Assembly (NCBI GenBank): GCA_036172245.1
Contig: JAYWIR010000003.1
Span: forward strand, 1,178,001 to 1,242,000
Reading direction: 5' to 3'
Source: Raillietiella orientalis
Taxonomy: Eukaryota
Length of the DNA stretch: 64,000 bases
Part shown: piece after piece, positions 1-12,870 of the stretch
Position numbering within the stretch: the stretch's first letter is position 1
Layout: each line of letters opens with the position of its first letter
The notes under the pieces: model-generated
Told to the model about the DNA's origin: nothing
What the model saw: the letters and a program-made list of their open reading frames with translations, nothing else
The model's database searches: none
Position numbers and translations under genes: made by a program

Positions 1-1565
1 ACTTAAAGCAAAGAGAAACGAACAAACCTAATCTGATTTCTCGAAAATGATCGGCCTACTTAAACCTCGAAGTTTTTCAACTCGGGTCTCACGGGCAAGG
101 AAATTTTCGTGAACACGAGTACAGGAGAAATGCAGCTACTTTTGGGGCGCCAGATCCAGTCAATTTTACAAAGCTTCAATGAAAAGCGGATTGCCAGATT
201 GGATGCAATAAGCATTTTATGAAAATCGTTCATGCAAGAACAATTCCACACTTAAGTGATTTGCGTCTAGTCTATATGTGTATACATATCGGAAATGCCG
301 TACACTTTTTTCTTACAAGTGTTTCTGCAATTTCTACAAGACTACGAGGCTACTGATTCCTTGCATCCCACTTTTCTGTAGATTTGATAACTGGCGATAG
401 CAGTCGTTGACCCACAGGCTACGCAGGTTCAAGAGTAAAAAGAAAAAAAAAAGAAAAAAGTGAGCATGTATGAATGGTTTTCAAACTTTCTTGTCAATTT
501 GCAATATTTTTGTGATGAAACTAATTCACTGTGTACTCTGCATCCAGGCTTTCCACGTGCATATGCCAAGATACACCGTTAAAGGCGAGAAAATTAAGAT
601 CGTAAAGTGATTCCCCTTTTTGTTGGAAATCAATCGCCGGTCGTCAATTAATTTTCATTCTTACTCAATCCTCCAAATTTCATATGAAATTATTGAGGAC
701 TTTCATTCTAAATTATAAAAGAGAAATCCCTTAAATGTTTACGGAAGTTGCGAGCAGCACCTGGAAATGGATGGTTTCTAAGAACTTGTCAATTCAGTAC
801 AATTCAATAAATTCGAACAAATAGACTGACAGTAAATGAATCCAGAGTTCAATATACAACCACGTGCTGAATTAAGGTTCCATGTTTTCTGAACTATTTA
901 CATCTTATAAAAGTGTGAAAACATTGAAAAATCTATCTACCCTTCTCTCCAAAACAGTAGGCTGCTAATTACGAAGATCCACGTTGTCTTGGCGCCAAAT
1001 CCTACGTTTTTGCATGCAACTCTTTTGTGATTAAAAAGTAATGCGTGTCATCAATTGTGAATATACACTTTTTTGTACCTTGCACAAAGGTTATAAATAA
1101 ATCTCTGTAGTGTCAGTTTTATATAATTCATGAAACTCAATTCTTAACGTTGGTTAACACATGTAACTTACCCGATAGGTCATTAATGCCCGTCATAACA
1201 AATACATTCGTGTATTACTCGTGGTTATGATTCAATGCATGCACGAGCTGATATTTTGAATGCTCTCAGAAGGGTGAAAGGAAAATCATGCTGCTGATGT
1301 GCATACTAATCAAAGGTGAAAAAATTTTCAACAGCTTGTATTTATTTCTTCTTGTTTTCTGCAAAGTCCTTGTTAATAAAGAGACGTGAATTCTGAAAAT
1401 ACATTCACTATATTGAAAAAAAAAAAAAAAAAAAAAATCAATTGCACAGAGATATGGTATCTTCCAGTGTATATTTAAATTGAAAGAAATAATCCTGTGT
1501 AGGTGCGTTCATATCACAATGTAGTCACACAATTATTTTCATCACATTCTTGAGTAGTTACCTAA

Positions 1566-4500
1566 TCATAATATGAGGCAGCATTTACAATAATGTTGCC
1601 TGGAGCCTCCAACCGCAGGTGGTGTTTGTGGAGCAAAATATGCATGCACTACAATATTAGGTAAATGATTCTAAAATAAAAACGTAATGAAATTTACCAA
1701 AAATCATTGCTGATTACCTTCAAACGTCGTATTCCTGAGCGAGTAATAAGCTGGCAATCATACAGTTCAATTCTTTGGAGATTATGACAACTAGCCAGAT
1801 GCTCTAGAGAATTATCAGTTATTAGAGGACAATTGTCCAGTTCCAGAACTGTTAAGTGTTCACTGGAACACGTGGACATTCCAAGGTACCGGATCCCTTC
1901 ATCGGTTATTAATTCACAATGGGACAAGGTCTGGAAAAGGCAACTAGACTTCCTACATAGATTTTTTTTTTTCTTTTCAAATAGCACTACAATGCAGTCA
2001 GAAAACCATGCTTTTAAAAAGAACTGAAAGTGAGCTGATTTGTACTTTGAACACCCTTAAAAAAAAAAAAAAAAAAAAGGCCGTTTCAAGAATAGTAATT
2101 CCATTTTTGCAGTAAATTCATGGTGTGTGTGTACACATTGCGGTGCATGAGGTCTGCATTTTTCACAGCCTCGGTGGTCCCCACGTCAATGTACCGGCGC
2201 GCGCAGAGGAACTATGTACATTCCTTAAACTGTACACAAAGCAGTGTAACTGAATCCGGTTGCCAAGAAAGGGGGTTTCGGGCAACTCGTGTTTTTGCCC
2301 TCTGTCGAGATTCCGAGATGGACGCGATGATCAAACAAAGTATCGCAATCAAGTTTCGTATCAAAGCTGGCATGCCTGCTTGGGACACGGGGTGCCACTG
2401 GTCCCAAAGGCTGAGCCACGAATCGTTCAAAATTCTTCGGTGGCACGCGCGATTTGGAAATAAAAGACAGTCGGTGAAAGACGACGGCGACGAACGTAGC
2501 CGCCGTCTGATGACAACAAGAACCGGCAATAACATTACCGCCGTCGCAAAACTGCTCAAAGAGGACCGACGACTGACCTCGAACGACAGTGGAAACTCTT
2601 GCTGTACCGAAAACTGTGACACTACACGTTTTACACAAAGATTTGAAGAAACGAAAACTGTGGGTACGATTCGTCCCGCGTTCCCCGTCACGAGAGCCAA
2701 GATACACGAGAGTTTTCGGCGCAAATACAGATCCCGACGTTGAACCATCTCCCTAGTACTCGCCAGGTTTGTCTCTGGACCATTTCCTACTCCGAAATTG
2801 CAGCTGAAAGGAGTCCCATTTAATACCATCGGAAACATTCATATAGCTGTGACAGAAAGGTTGAAGGAAATCCCTGTAAAGGGCTGCCAGTGCCATGCAG
2901 AAGTAAGAATCAAGCACCAATCAGTGTACAGAGTCAGATGAGTCCTATCTTGAATAAACAGAATGTAAAAGAATTACTCTGGGTTTTTAAAGTTCTTAAT
3001 AATCTTAGCCCCAATAGTTTGGGACTGCACTGGGTACAGATCTTACATATACATATAAACGATTGCTGAAAACATAGCAAGGAAAGTATGTAATCTGTTT
3101 CTAAATTCATGTACATATACTCAGCTAATTTCAAGGTAAAACAACTTAAGTAAATCAAAATTCAGTCTCTGATTCAAGTAAATGTCATTGGTTACTAGCA
3201 TTGTCTGGATGTCAAATTTAAAATTACTACATACTCTAATACTTTTAAATGCTTTCTAATCCTGGGCTTTGCTAAAACTTTTTCAAAGTTTTTGTATTTC
3301 AATTATTTACTAAAATGAAATTAAATGATGATGGCAAACAGTTGCAAAGCAATATTAAGGGAAACTCTACTACAAAATTCCTGTTACTTGTAAGACTAAT
3401 TAAGAATCATAAATACAGCATACTAATTTTTCCAAACGTGGGCATCCAGAAGACAAATAATTGAGGGTTTGGTCAGTAATTGCAGAACATTCTTCTAGGT
3501 CCATTTTATCCAGAAATCGACAGTTCTGAAATTGAGAAACCATTGTGTGCATCTGAATACATTCATGCAAAAAAAAAAAAAGGCTGTTTTGAAAGAAAAA
3601 ATCATTTTCTAATTGACATATACATGGTTAATCCAGTAATTTAAGCATTGCATCATAACCTCTGCAAGCTGGCAATTTTTATGAGTTTCCACCTTATGAT
3701 CCGGGCTTAATATTTTCTGTTGATTTAGGATATACTTGTTTCCAATATTAGAACATAAAAATTGAGTTATCAAAACTTTTTTAAAACCTTGTAAGTCCTA
3801 TGCACATGCATAATTCAAATGCTGCTATTTTTTGAATTAGGTACATTAGTTTTGTCTCAAAGTTGCTGGCTGCTTATTTCACAAAAATGAGGATCATTTT
3901 GCATGGTATTCACTCTAATATTACATGTTTGCAGAAAATGCTGGACAGCTCATTAAAAAATTAATCTATTAGATCGAAATTTCCGATTGCCAATTTCCAG
4001 TGATTATTTTAAAATGTTTGAGAATGGTTGGTGTTTGTATGTGAGCAGCCAGATGACATTTCGTTAATTAATGAATTACAAAATTAGAACTTTAACTAAT
4101 TAGAAGCAAAAAGTAATTGTAGATTAATAATACAATTCACACTTATACATGCTGCAGATAGCTCCTGCTTATCTTGTAATAACTGTTAATACATCAAAGT
4201 GATGGGAAACTTACTTTAGCCAGTGCTTGAAAACCAATATCTGTCAATTGGGAACATTGAGCTACTTCAATTGTATTCAACTGACGGCAGCTGGAGCTTA
4301 GAGCTATCAAGGATGCATCAGTCAGGTTTACACATCCTGATAAACATATATACCTCAAACAGGGACAGTTTTTGCTTATGCTCTCAGTTGCTTTATCAGT
4401 TAATTCCTAAAATAGATTCCATCTCAAGAATTGGCTTGGTTACAAGTCTAACTAAATGAATAAGTTTCATCAATTAATGTTTAGGAAAAATCCATAGCAT

Positions 4501-6054
4501 ATAACTCATACATGTTACTGCAAGTAAAAAATGCCTTACTCATCTACTTATAACACATTTGAAAGAAGCGCAGTCATGTTTTTATTTTTACAAAAACCAA
4601 AGAACAGGAATTACCTCACATCCTTGTAAATTAAGTACCCTAAGACCTTTACATCTGTTAGTCAGTTGAGATATTGCAGAATCAGACATGTGAGGAAGGT
4701 ATTTGGCAATAAATGTTTTCAGTTTAGTGCAACCTCTGACCAATGCTTGAATTCCTAAGCACAGTGATTTTCTTTAGTGCTGGAATGTCAAATTTACTCA
4801 CCATCTTCAGTGATCAGTTCACAATGAGATATGTTGACATGTTCAAGATTAGGACACCCATCAGCTAATGCTTTCATTGAGAGATCACTTATTGCAGAAC
4901 AAGATGAGAGGTCTAATTTTTGTAGCTTTCCACAATATTCACTCAAGGCATAGCATGTACTTAGGTAAAAAAACAAATCATTTTAAAAAATAAAAAGTAC
5001 TATCCCCTTGATTAAGCAAATAAATGTGATTCTTACTTATCTGTTATCTTTTTGCATTTATTTAGATTTAGTACTTCAATGTTGCTACACAGTTGGGCAA
5101 ATGCCTTAAGACATCCATCTCCTACAGATTGGCAACCAAATAAACTTAATTGCTTCAAAAAGCCACCACACCTTTTGGCAATGTTTTCCACAACTGAACC
5201 CTATATCATTTCTCTTTAATTGCAAGAATCTGATTTCATGTCATACATGTAATGTTTGCAATTTTATTTATTACACGTTTATTGTTAAATAATTCTTGCA
5301 TGAAGAAAAAGCATTGGAAATAGAAATATATTAAATGAAAAAAAAATCATTTTTTTGTATGATTTATTAAACAGTCATTAGATATAAATAAAGAACATGA
5401 AAAATAAACCAGAATAATAACATCTACCTCTATATCAGTTTGGAAATCAAACAAATCAATTTGTTGCCAATTAGATCCATCTAATGCCAAAACATTCCAT
5501 AATTTTGACACTTGAGCACAACGGCATAAAGAAACGGTATCTAGATATGAAAAAATTCGAAGCAATAATTCTTTTGGTAGTTTCCGATTAATTAAAGCAT
5601 CTTCTTCTGTGTTTTTTTTTGATACCTAATTAACAGTTTGACATTTACTAAGCATACTATCAAGCACTTAAATCCAAACATAAGCAAACAATAACACCTG
5701 ATTTTGAAAATTTTATGAAAAATTATTAAAGCAAATCTTGAAATAAATAAATAAAACTTGGCAATTTTAAGAACCCTTATTATTTTTTAAAAATCATCGT
5801 GAAATATAAGATTAATGTTATGAGTGTTCCAGAGGCTATAACTACTTTCAACGAATACGAAAACATATTCAGAATTTTCCTGTAATTAAAACAATAAATT
5901 GGTAGTAATGTACTTTATTTTACTACGAAAGAATAAATAATCCTCATGAAAACTTTCACCATTTACAAAATTGCCTCTAAGCAAAGTTACTTACAACAAT
6001 GTTGAAACTTATTTCTTTGTCAGTGCATCCAAAATGATTTACCTTAGAGCTCAT
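1566..6054 (-). CDS. FBXL20: F-box/LRR-repeat protein 2/20 (multi-exon)
   Basis: F-box LINRKLPKELLLRIFSYLDTVSLCRCAQVSKLWNVLALDGSNWQ (exon 5625-5428); several LRR exons (about 5201-5037, 4960-4799, 4756-4614, 4388-4215, 3525-3424, 1930-1718); last exon 1670-1566 ends HAYFAP...CKCCLIL* (CaaX box typical of FBXL2/20). The first coding exon (ATG 6054, MSSK|GT) is tentative. FBXL2 and FBXL20 cannot be told apart here. Confidence 0.92.
2079..2975 (+). mobile_element. Decayed, internally deleted mariner (Tc1/mariner) transposon in an FBXL20 intron
   Basis: N-terminal HTH-like QSIAIKFRIKAG...ILRWHARF...VKDD...VAKLLKEDRRLT; linker LWVRFVPR (WVPHEL-like); then a jump to YSPGL (YSPDL-like) and LKGVPFNTIGNIHIAVTERLKEIP. 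Most of the DDD domain is missing and there are frameshifts. Confidence 0.8.
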
Positions 6055-8559
6055 TTTTGTTTACAGCGGACAGCTGATAGTCAGCTGTGGTTGTACATTC
6101 GGCCATAAGTAATTATTTTATACTCTTTTTACAAAGAACCAAATTGACATCTTATCTCTTTTGATTCTAGTAAAATATAGCACCAGCATCCTTTGTACTT
6201 AGTAATTTCCAACGGCAGGCATTGAAGAATTCATTGCGAACTAGGAAAATAAAATGAGCACATCCTACTTGTTAAATTATGTGATTTCCTCTTTTGGTGT
6301 TCGTTTAAATGTTAGAGAATTCCAAACCAATAAAATTTATAATCGTCACTTACTTTCATAAACAGTCATAATACATAGGAATTCGGAATAGTAAAATCCT
6401 TACATATCGTTATTAATTTGAATACTTTCGTAATGAATGTGAGGAATTTCGTAATGTGCTTATCAAGCAACTTACGAAAATTTATTTATCGGGAAATGCC
6501 ACATTTTCAAATACAAGAGTCCAAAATCCTGCTACTGAATAAAATGTTATTTTCTGAATTCAATCTTCATGAAATAATCATTATTAACTTACTTTCGTTG
6601 TCTAAATACAATCATACCTAGAAGTAGTGAAAACGAAGTTTAGCTCTAAGACAGATTAGGTGAAAAAATGAGGCTTATAGGTCCTTCATGACAAATTTAG
6701 TCAGATTTATTTTATTCAAGTGCCATCCATCTTCCAAACTAGTTGCATAGAGGAGAGCAGTTGTACTCACAAATACTTGAAGTGTACAAAACCACTGGAC
6801 GTATCAAGAATGAACTGAGGAACTCAGTTTACAATAGCAGATCCACTAAATATTGTTCTGTTCTAATCACCTTTCAAGCATGTGTTTCTTTTACCTATGG
6901 CAAATGTATTTCACAAACATGTATACACTTGTTGAAGAAAATGAGTAAAAAAGTGTGCACTTGAAGAAGATCTAGGCATATGAAATTTTTCATCAGACTG
7001 CTTTAAAAGTGCAAATAAAAAAAAAACTGGAAGAAAAAAAATGTATCAAAATTCTGTAGGTAAACTGGGTTGTTTAGTAGGATCACAGACTGTTGGTTTT
7101 AGGAAAACCAGATTGATACTTTTAATTGTGCCTGAAGAGCCAATGATGTAGTCAGCAATACGATAATTACAAATAAAGGCACTAAATTTGCTAGCTGGTC
7201 CAAGAGAGGAAACTGTCTGAATTAATAAATTGGAAGTCGCTGGGAAAACAGAACTGAGAAAGCAATTTGAAGAATGTAATAGAAGGTTGATTTAAGAAAT
7301 CAATTAATAAGGCATCAGCTTATCGAGAATTTTTGAAGACTTTTGTAGTTGTCCACGTTTCTAAGCTAATAATTTTAGGTTTTGAATGACATAATTTAAT
7401 ATAATTTTAATATAATTAATATCTTTCTGCGAACGTTATTTGTTTCTAGAATACATTAGAATACATTTAGTTCATCTACATGTCTTTGCCAACACTAGAT
7501 GGCTTTTCTGGCTTACATCTTCATAGTGTTTCCGTGAATTTTAAGACTTTTCTGAAGCATTCAAGTTATTTATGTAGCAGGTATTCTCGTATGCAAAAGT
7601 TTTCCATTGAAAGGATTGCTGAACATAAGATAAATTTAATTAAATTAAAGAAAGAAAACTATATTCAAAACTGTTTTTTAGTCACAACAATGCAATTGTG
7701 TTTATGATTTTGATTTCTTTTCCTGTTCTAAGCATACAGTACATGAAGTAGCGCTTTTTTTTTTCTTCCAAAGTGATGGACAGTAACATGAGAACTAAGA
7801 ATAGAATTTCCCGTTTCTTTCTGGTCTGCTTTATTCTCCTAATCCACTTTCAATTAATTACATCATATACAGTTCCTGCAGCTATGCAATAAGGATACAT
7901 TCTTTTCCTTGAAATATGTGAAAAAAATTAGCATACTTATCTGAATTAGCTAACAGTTCTTGCAATGATCGAATATTAAAAAATCGTGTATTCTAATTTC
8001 TAAAGAACAAACTGGAATGTCATTACAGTGTAATACCTGAAAACCGAAAAATATTTTATCATTTCTCGCCACGAGAGAAGATCCACTGAATCAACATAAA
8101 AATGATTTCCTTTGAAACTATTGAATCAAATTTGTTAACTAATAAAAGGATATAGGAAAAGTCATCAAAAATCGATAATCACTTTTAGAAAATTGATATG
8201 ATGATGGAAGACTAAAGTGGGAACTCCAAGAGTGTGTAAACATGACGAATCTCACTCGCAATGCAATGTACACACAAAAACGATTTTTCGAGATAGCACC
8301 GAAAACTATAACCCTTTTAAAATGCTATGAATTATACCAATCGAGTAACAGGAAGTAATTGATGCTTTCTTACAGAGTACAGAGACAATCATCTAAAGTG
8401 GTATGATCTTCTGAATTACAAAACTACGATACTTGTTTAACGTATAAGAAATAGATTGAGATGCTACATGCTGTACACAAAATTAAGGTCTCTCAAGGTC
8501 TCATAAAAGGCCTTAGTTTCATGCCAGAGAATTGAAAATTGCACTAAACATGGTGCTTA

Positions 8560-9640
8560 ACAGTTTCATTTACAATCGTCTGATGGAATACGCTGTTTTA
8601 AAAATGGCAAAGTTGAACAAAACTGAAAATGCGTTTATTTGCACTGTTTTTCTGATACAGAAAAGCACCAAACTAGATCAGATGCATCGCGAGTTAACCA
8701 ACAGCCTATGTTTATTTTAGAATGAACCCAGAATGCTGTTAAATGGTGCTGATTTTTCAACGACGCCAGTAGGAAAGCCGAGAAACGGCTAACTGAAAAT
8801 ACCAAAACCTGGAGAATGTCACACATATAAACAATGTCGTTCTTCAAAGCCAAAGATTCATAATTTACCAACTAAACGAAACAAGGTTCTATCGTAGAAC
8901 ATTTTATTACTGTCCATGATGATGTAGCTTTTTAAAAGTTCCGAGCTTTTGGGTCACTAGGATACCAGAATTACAGAACAGCAAGATCAGTAATTGATAA
9001 GCGGTCCTGCATTGCTATGACTCCTGAAGGAAAGTGAGTTTCTAGCATTTTGGCCGAAAAGTTAAGGTCACAATCATGTCACGATCATGCTTTGGAAGCA
9101 AACCACTTCTCTATGCAAAGAAAGTCCATAACTTCTGTTCAGACAGATAAAGGGGGTGGACACTGTTTTGAAAGGTCCTTAGAAAAGTGCTTTTTCTTAT
9201 CAAAAGGAACAACATTCAATGCTACTAAAGGTTATATCCAAAAATTGTTAAAACGGCAACAAGCATCCTGAGTTGCTGAGCCATGCAGTTATTATTTTGA
9301 ACGTGTTTTTTAATTTTGCTCATTCTGTCATGTGTAACAGAGCAGGACTAACACAAAACAAACTGGGCAACTTGAAATATAAGCGACTCAAACAGCTTGC
9401 TTACAATGCCGATTTGGTTCCCAGTGAAACTGGATTTTTCCAGCCTCAAACAAGCACTTGGCTAACACTTTTCGATGATCAGGTGGCAAATTCAATGAAA
9501 ACCGGTTTTTCAATTTGGGAGGAATATTCTGTTAGGACAGCATGAGAGAAGCAGATCGTATTTGCAAAAGTCCGTAATCGAAAGGCAATTGCGTAGAAAA
9601 TGGTGAAAGTGAAATAGAGAGCTTTCCATGCTGAGTAGCA
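8560..9640 (+). mobile_element. Highly decayed mariner-like transposase remnant
   Basis: KVPSFWVTRI near 8933-8965 resembles KVSARWVPR; TQNKLGNLKYKRLKQLAYNADLVPSETGFF (9350-9440) resembles HPPYSPDLAPSDFHLF. Boundaries approximate. Confidence 0.55.
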
Positions 9641-9786
9641 GGGACATTTATTTGCTAGAATAAATAAAAATCCCATCAGACCATATCGGATGCAATACGA
9701 GGTCCTCAAAATAGCCTACAAGTGCAAAGTGTGGACCAGTCAGGAAAGATCCAATGAATAAATAAATAAGGGGCTTCTCTTGCAAG

Positions 9787-10190
9787 TGTGGTTCACGAGA
9801 GGCAGCGCCAGTAAGGGTTACACCATGAAGGAGCGTGCGGCCACCGGTTTGCCGGCTCTCGGTTGCCTGACTTCTCGGAGGCATCTTTGAACCTTCATCC
9901 AAGCATCAGGCTGCCCGTTCGTTTTGGGTGAATGCGGTAGTCCAACACTCGAAGATACTGGGAGTGGTGCCAATGCTCCTCTACTGCTACGATGCGTCGC
10001 TCAAGTGACCTATTAACATGTTGGCTGCAGACAGTGCCAGCGAGGTGGATACACCAGTAAGTATGTGGTGCCCTTCGAGCGAGTCAATACCCATTGCACT
10101 AGAGGCAGTAAACAATAAAAGCGAAGACGAGTTTCGTGGCATTCCATCAACGACGAACTTTCCTGTATCCCGAAAGTTGTTTCACCTCTA
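9787..10190 (+). mobile_element. Possible solo LTR (about 400 bp)
   Basis: GC-richer island starting TGTGG, with AATAAA at 10114-10119 near its end, flanked by GCAAG on both sides (9782-9786, 10191-10195). The terminal CA is imperfect. Confidence 0.4.
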
Positions 10191-11140
10191 GCAAGAGCAC
10201 GGACTCTCCAAAAATAGTTTTGCATCAATCTGCGCACTTTGATTAAGGAGAGCTGAAGTTGAAGAAAAATATATGTGTACATATATGTATTAACAGAGAG
10301 CCAAGCATGAATATTTTACACACGTAAATCTGATCTTGCAGACTAAACCATTGTCATACGGCCCATGTTCTGCCATTCTTTGTTTAATAAAACGAACGTC
10401 TCAGGAACTTGGGGTTTGTCGATCTTTTGGGTGGGAGCAGCCCTTCATTACCATGACAATAAGCAGTCATGGCGGCATAGGTTTTGCCACATAAAAAAAA
10501 AATGTGCAAGAATGGTCCGCCAACATATCGATTTAAACTTTCCTAAGTAGAAACAACTTTTCTACTTCGGATAAATAGCCATCCCAGCATCAGGGCACTC
10601 CACATCACAAAGTAAACCTTTTTTATTGCAGGCATAGATTAGGTTGCAAAGAAATTAGTAAATACTCTCAATTTTACATTTGGGATTGCGGGCACTTACA
10701 CAGCTGGAAATATATTTCATATTTATTTTATGTCATCAAATACTACGAAATTAGGCACAGTTCCCAAATCATCAATTTATAATTAAAAAGTTTTGCTGGG
10801 TTCTGATACTGAAATCTTTAATTACTCCACAACAAAAAACGAAAAACTGAAATCAAACAAGCAATCAAACTTTCATGTAGAATGCTGTAATCAATACTCC
10901 AAAACACAATCAATTTTGTTTACAGAACAAAGTTGGCACGTGTTTTCAGTACTCAGTGACACAGTGTCAATTATAGAGACTGAACTTCTGCAAACTAATT
11001 CATTAAACTATGCTGATCTTTGAAATGTTCCGATCATAATTATGACTGACAGAAATGGAATTAGGAAATCAGCTCTAAACAGATGAATAAAGACCGACAC
11101 TATGGTAACTTAAATGCTATGGGTATAATGAGCATCCCAT

Positions 11141-12660
11141 TCAAAGAGCAAGCTCTTCTTCTTCTGCACTAAGTAACTGCACTTTTCTCACATCTTCAGT
11201 AAGAAGATTGTCAGCTTCTTCAGAATCCTCTACAATATCACAAGGACAAGGGCAGCCTTTCTCATACAACTTTTGTAAAAGGAGCTCATAATCAATATTG
11301 GAATGAAGTTGTGCATGACGCTGGTACATCTGCAAAGCAAAAGTTCATTCTACTTCATCATTTCTTTTTGATAATGTAACCCACCTGCTCCAGTTGACAT
11401 TCTGCAAAACTATTCACAGGAGTAAAAGGATAACTTCCAGGTTCATAAGCTTCTGACCCTTCACAATCTTGCAATTTGCCTCTTTTATTTCTAATTTTTT
11501 CAATCATATCACGAGAATTGAAACTTGGTAAATTGAGCATATCTGAGCTCAGATTTCCTTCATCCATACAGCTGTGGACAGGGGTATATGGACAAGAATT
11601 ATATGCTGAACTTTGAGAGCTTCCTCCCTGACTAAAAGGATCACTGACACTCAAATAATTCGAGGCCAAAGCCATGGCACTAGAATGAATCCCATTAGAA
11701 ACAGTAGGCCGAAAAAAGTGGGCAGATGGTGACAAGCATTCTTCACAATTGTCAAACGTTGTTCTTAAAGGAGAAACACACGATGGTGATAACTCTCCAT
11801 GAGAATCTATGCTAAATATAGAAAAGAGAATATGCTTAATAATATCAACCTTCACTACAACGATCCAAGGACTGCAGATATCTTGACAAAAGGGTAATAA
11901 CCACTTTTGGGGAAACAGATGTATTATCCTGAGCAAATAAACACACTTGTTCAAGTGAGCAAGGCAAAGGTGATAATTGTAATGAAGGATTATTGGTGCC
12001 TTGTAGCACAGCTATCAGCTGTTGATATGATATTGTTTTGAGTCATTCATTAGCTTGCTTACCTGTTGTGTCAAGGCACTACTAAGTGCAAAAATGGCTA
12101 TATCTTTAACAACAGGTAGGCTTTCCTCTCCTGATATGCTAATGCCCATCATGATTAAGGCATGAACATTGGCAGATCTACATAGAGTCTCCAAAACATT
12201 TGGACTTGTCAATTGATTAAGAATATTCTACAAGTCTTTACAGTAATACATCTGTCAAAAGAAATTTACCTTGCATAATGAAGGGAGAGAAGAAACTGCA
12301 ATTTTCAAATTATCATAAACATCAATAATTTTCAGATCTTTTCTTAAAACCTGCACAGGATTAAGTCCTGTTACATTCATTGTGGTGTGTTTAAGGAGAG
12401 CAGGCAGTTGACTTCTATTGAAAGATACAGAGAGGCACTTTTCAATTTGCACAATGGTGATGTCTCTTGAAATTATTTGCTCAGCAAGTGGATCAGGAAC
12501 TTAGCAGGATAGTTGTGCAAAGAACTACTTTTGAATGCATTTACCAGAGACTGCATTATTTAATGCATGCATTTCTCACAAGGAAATTATCCAGAACAGA
12601 ACTATGCAAAATAAGTCTTACCATGCAACAACTGAACTATAGTATACTTTTCTAAGAATC
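11141..12660 (-). CDS. prune: Prune-like protein: intact DHHA2 domain plus Ser-rich/acidic C-terminal tail
   Basis: Spliced translation ...NVTGLNPVQVLRKDLKII...KIAVSSL...HALIMMGIS...KDIAIFA...LQGTNNPSLQLSP...AQDNTSVSPKVVITLL matches the PRUNE DHHA2 pattern as I recall it (DVSGLTTEQMLRKDQK...QGNTQVSRKKLLPLL). GT-AG introns, e.g. 11384-11330 and 11849-11807; stop 11143-11141. Start uncertain. Confidence 0.75.
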
Positions 12661-12870
12661 TGGAATAGGAATCGATGAAATAAAGAAGCAATTAATTCAA
12701 TTATTACAAAACAACAGGAAGCCTCAAAGCTGATAGATATTTCAGCTTTTATCAGTGTATGTTGATTTGTAAAGTGCTCAATAACTTTCAAAAATGATGA
12801 TTCCAATTCATTATCACATTACAGTAAGTCATAATGATAATCTCAAATAATCAATGAAAGACGCTTTGTC
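12661..12870 (-). pseudogene. Decayed DHH-domain remnant of the prune-like gene
   Basis: TKRLSLII*DYHYDLL*CDNELESSFLKVIEH...EASCCFVIIELI resembles LTLILVDHH...LEEAVAEVLDH...VGSCATLVTERI, with stops at 12845-12843 and 12821-12819. Confidence 0.55.
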
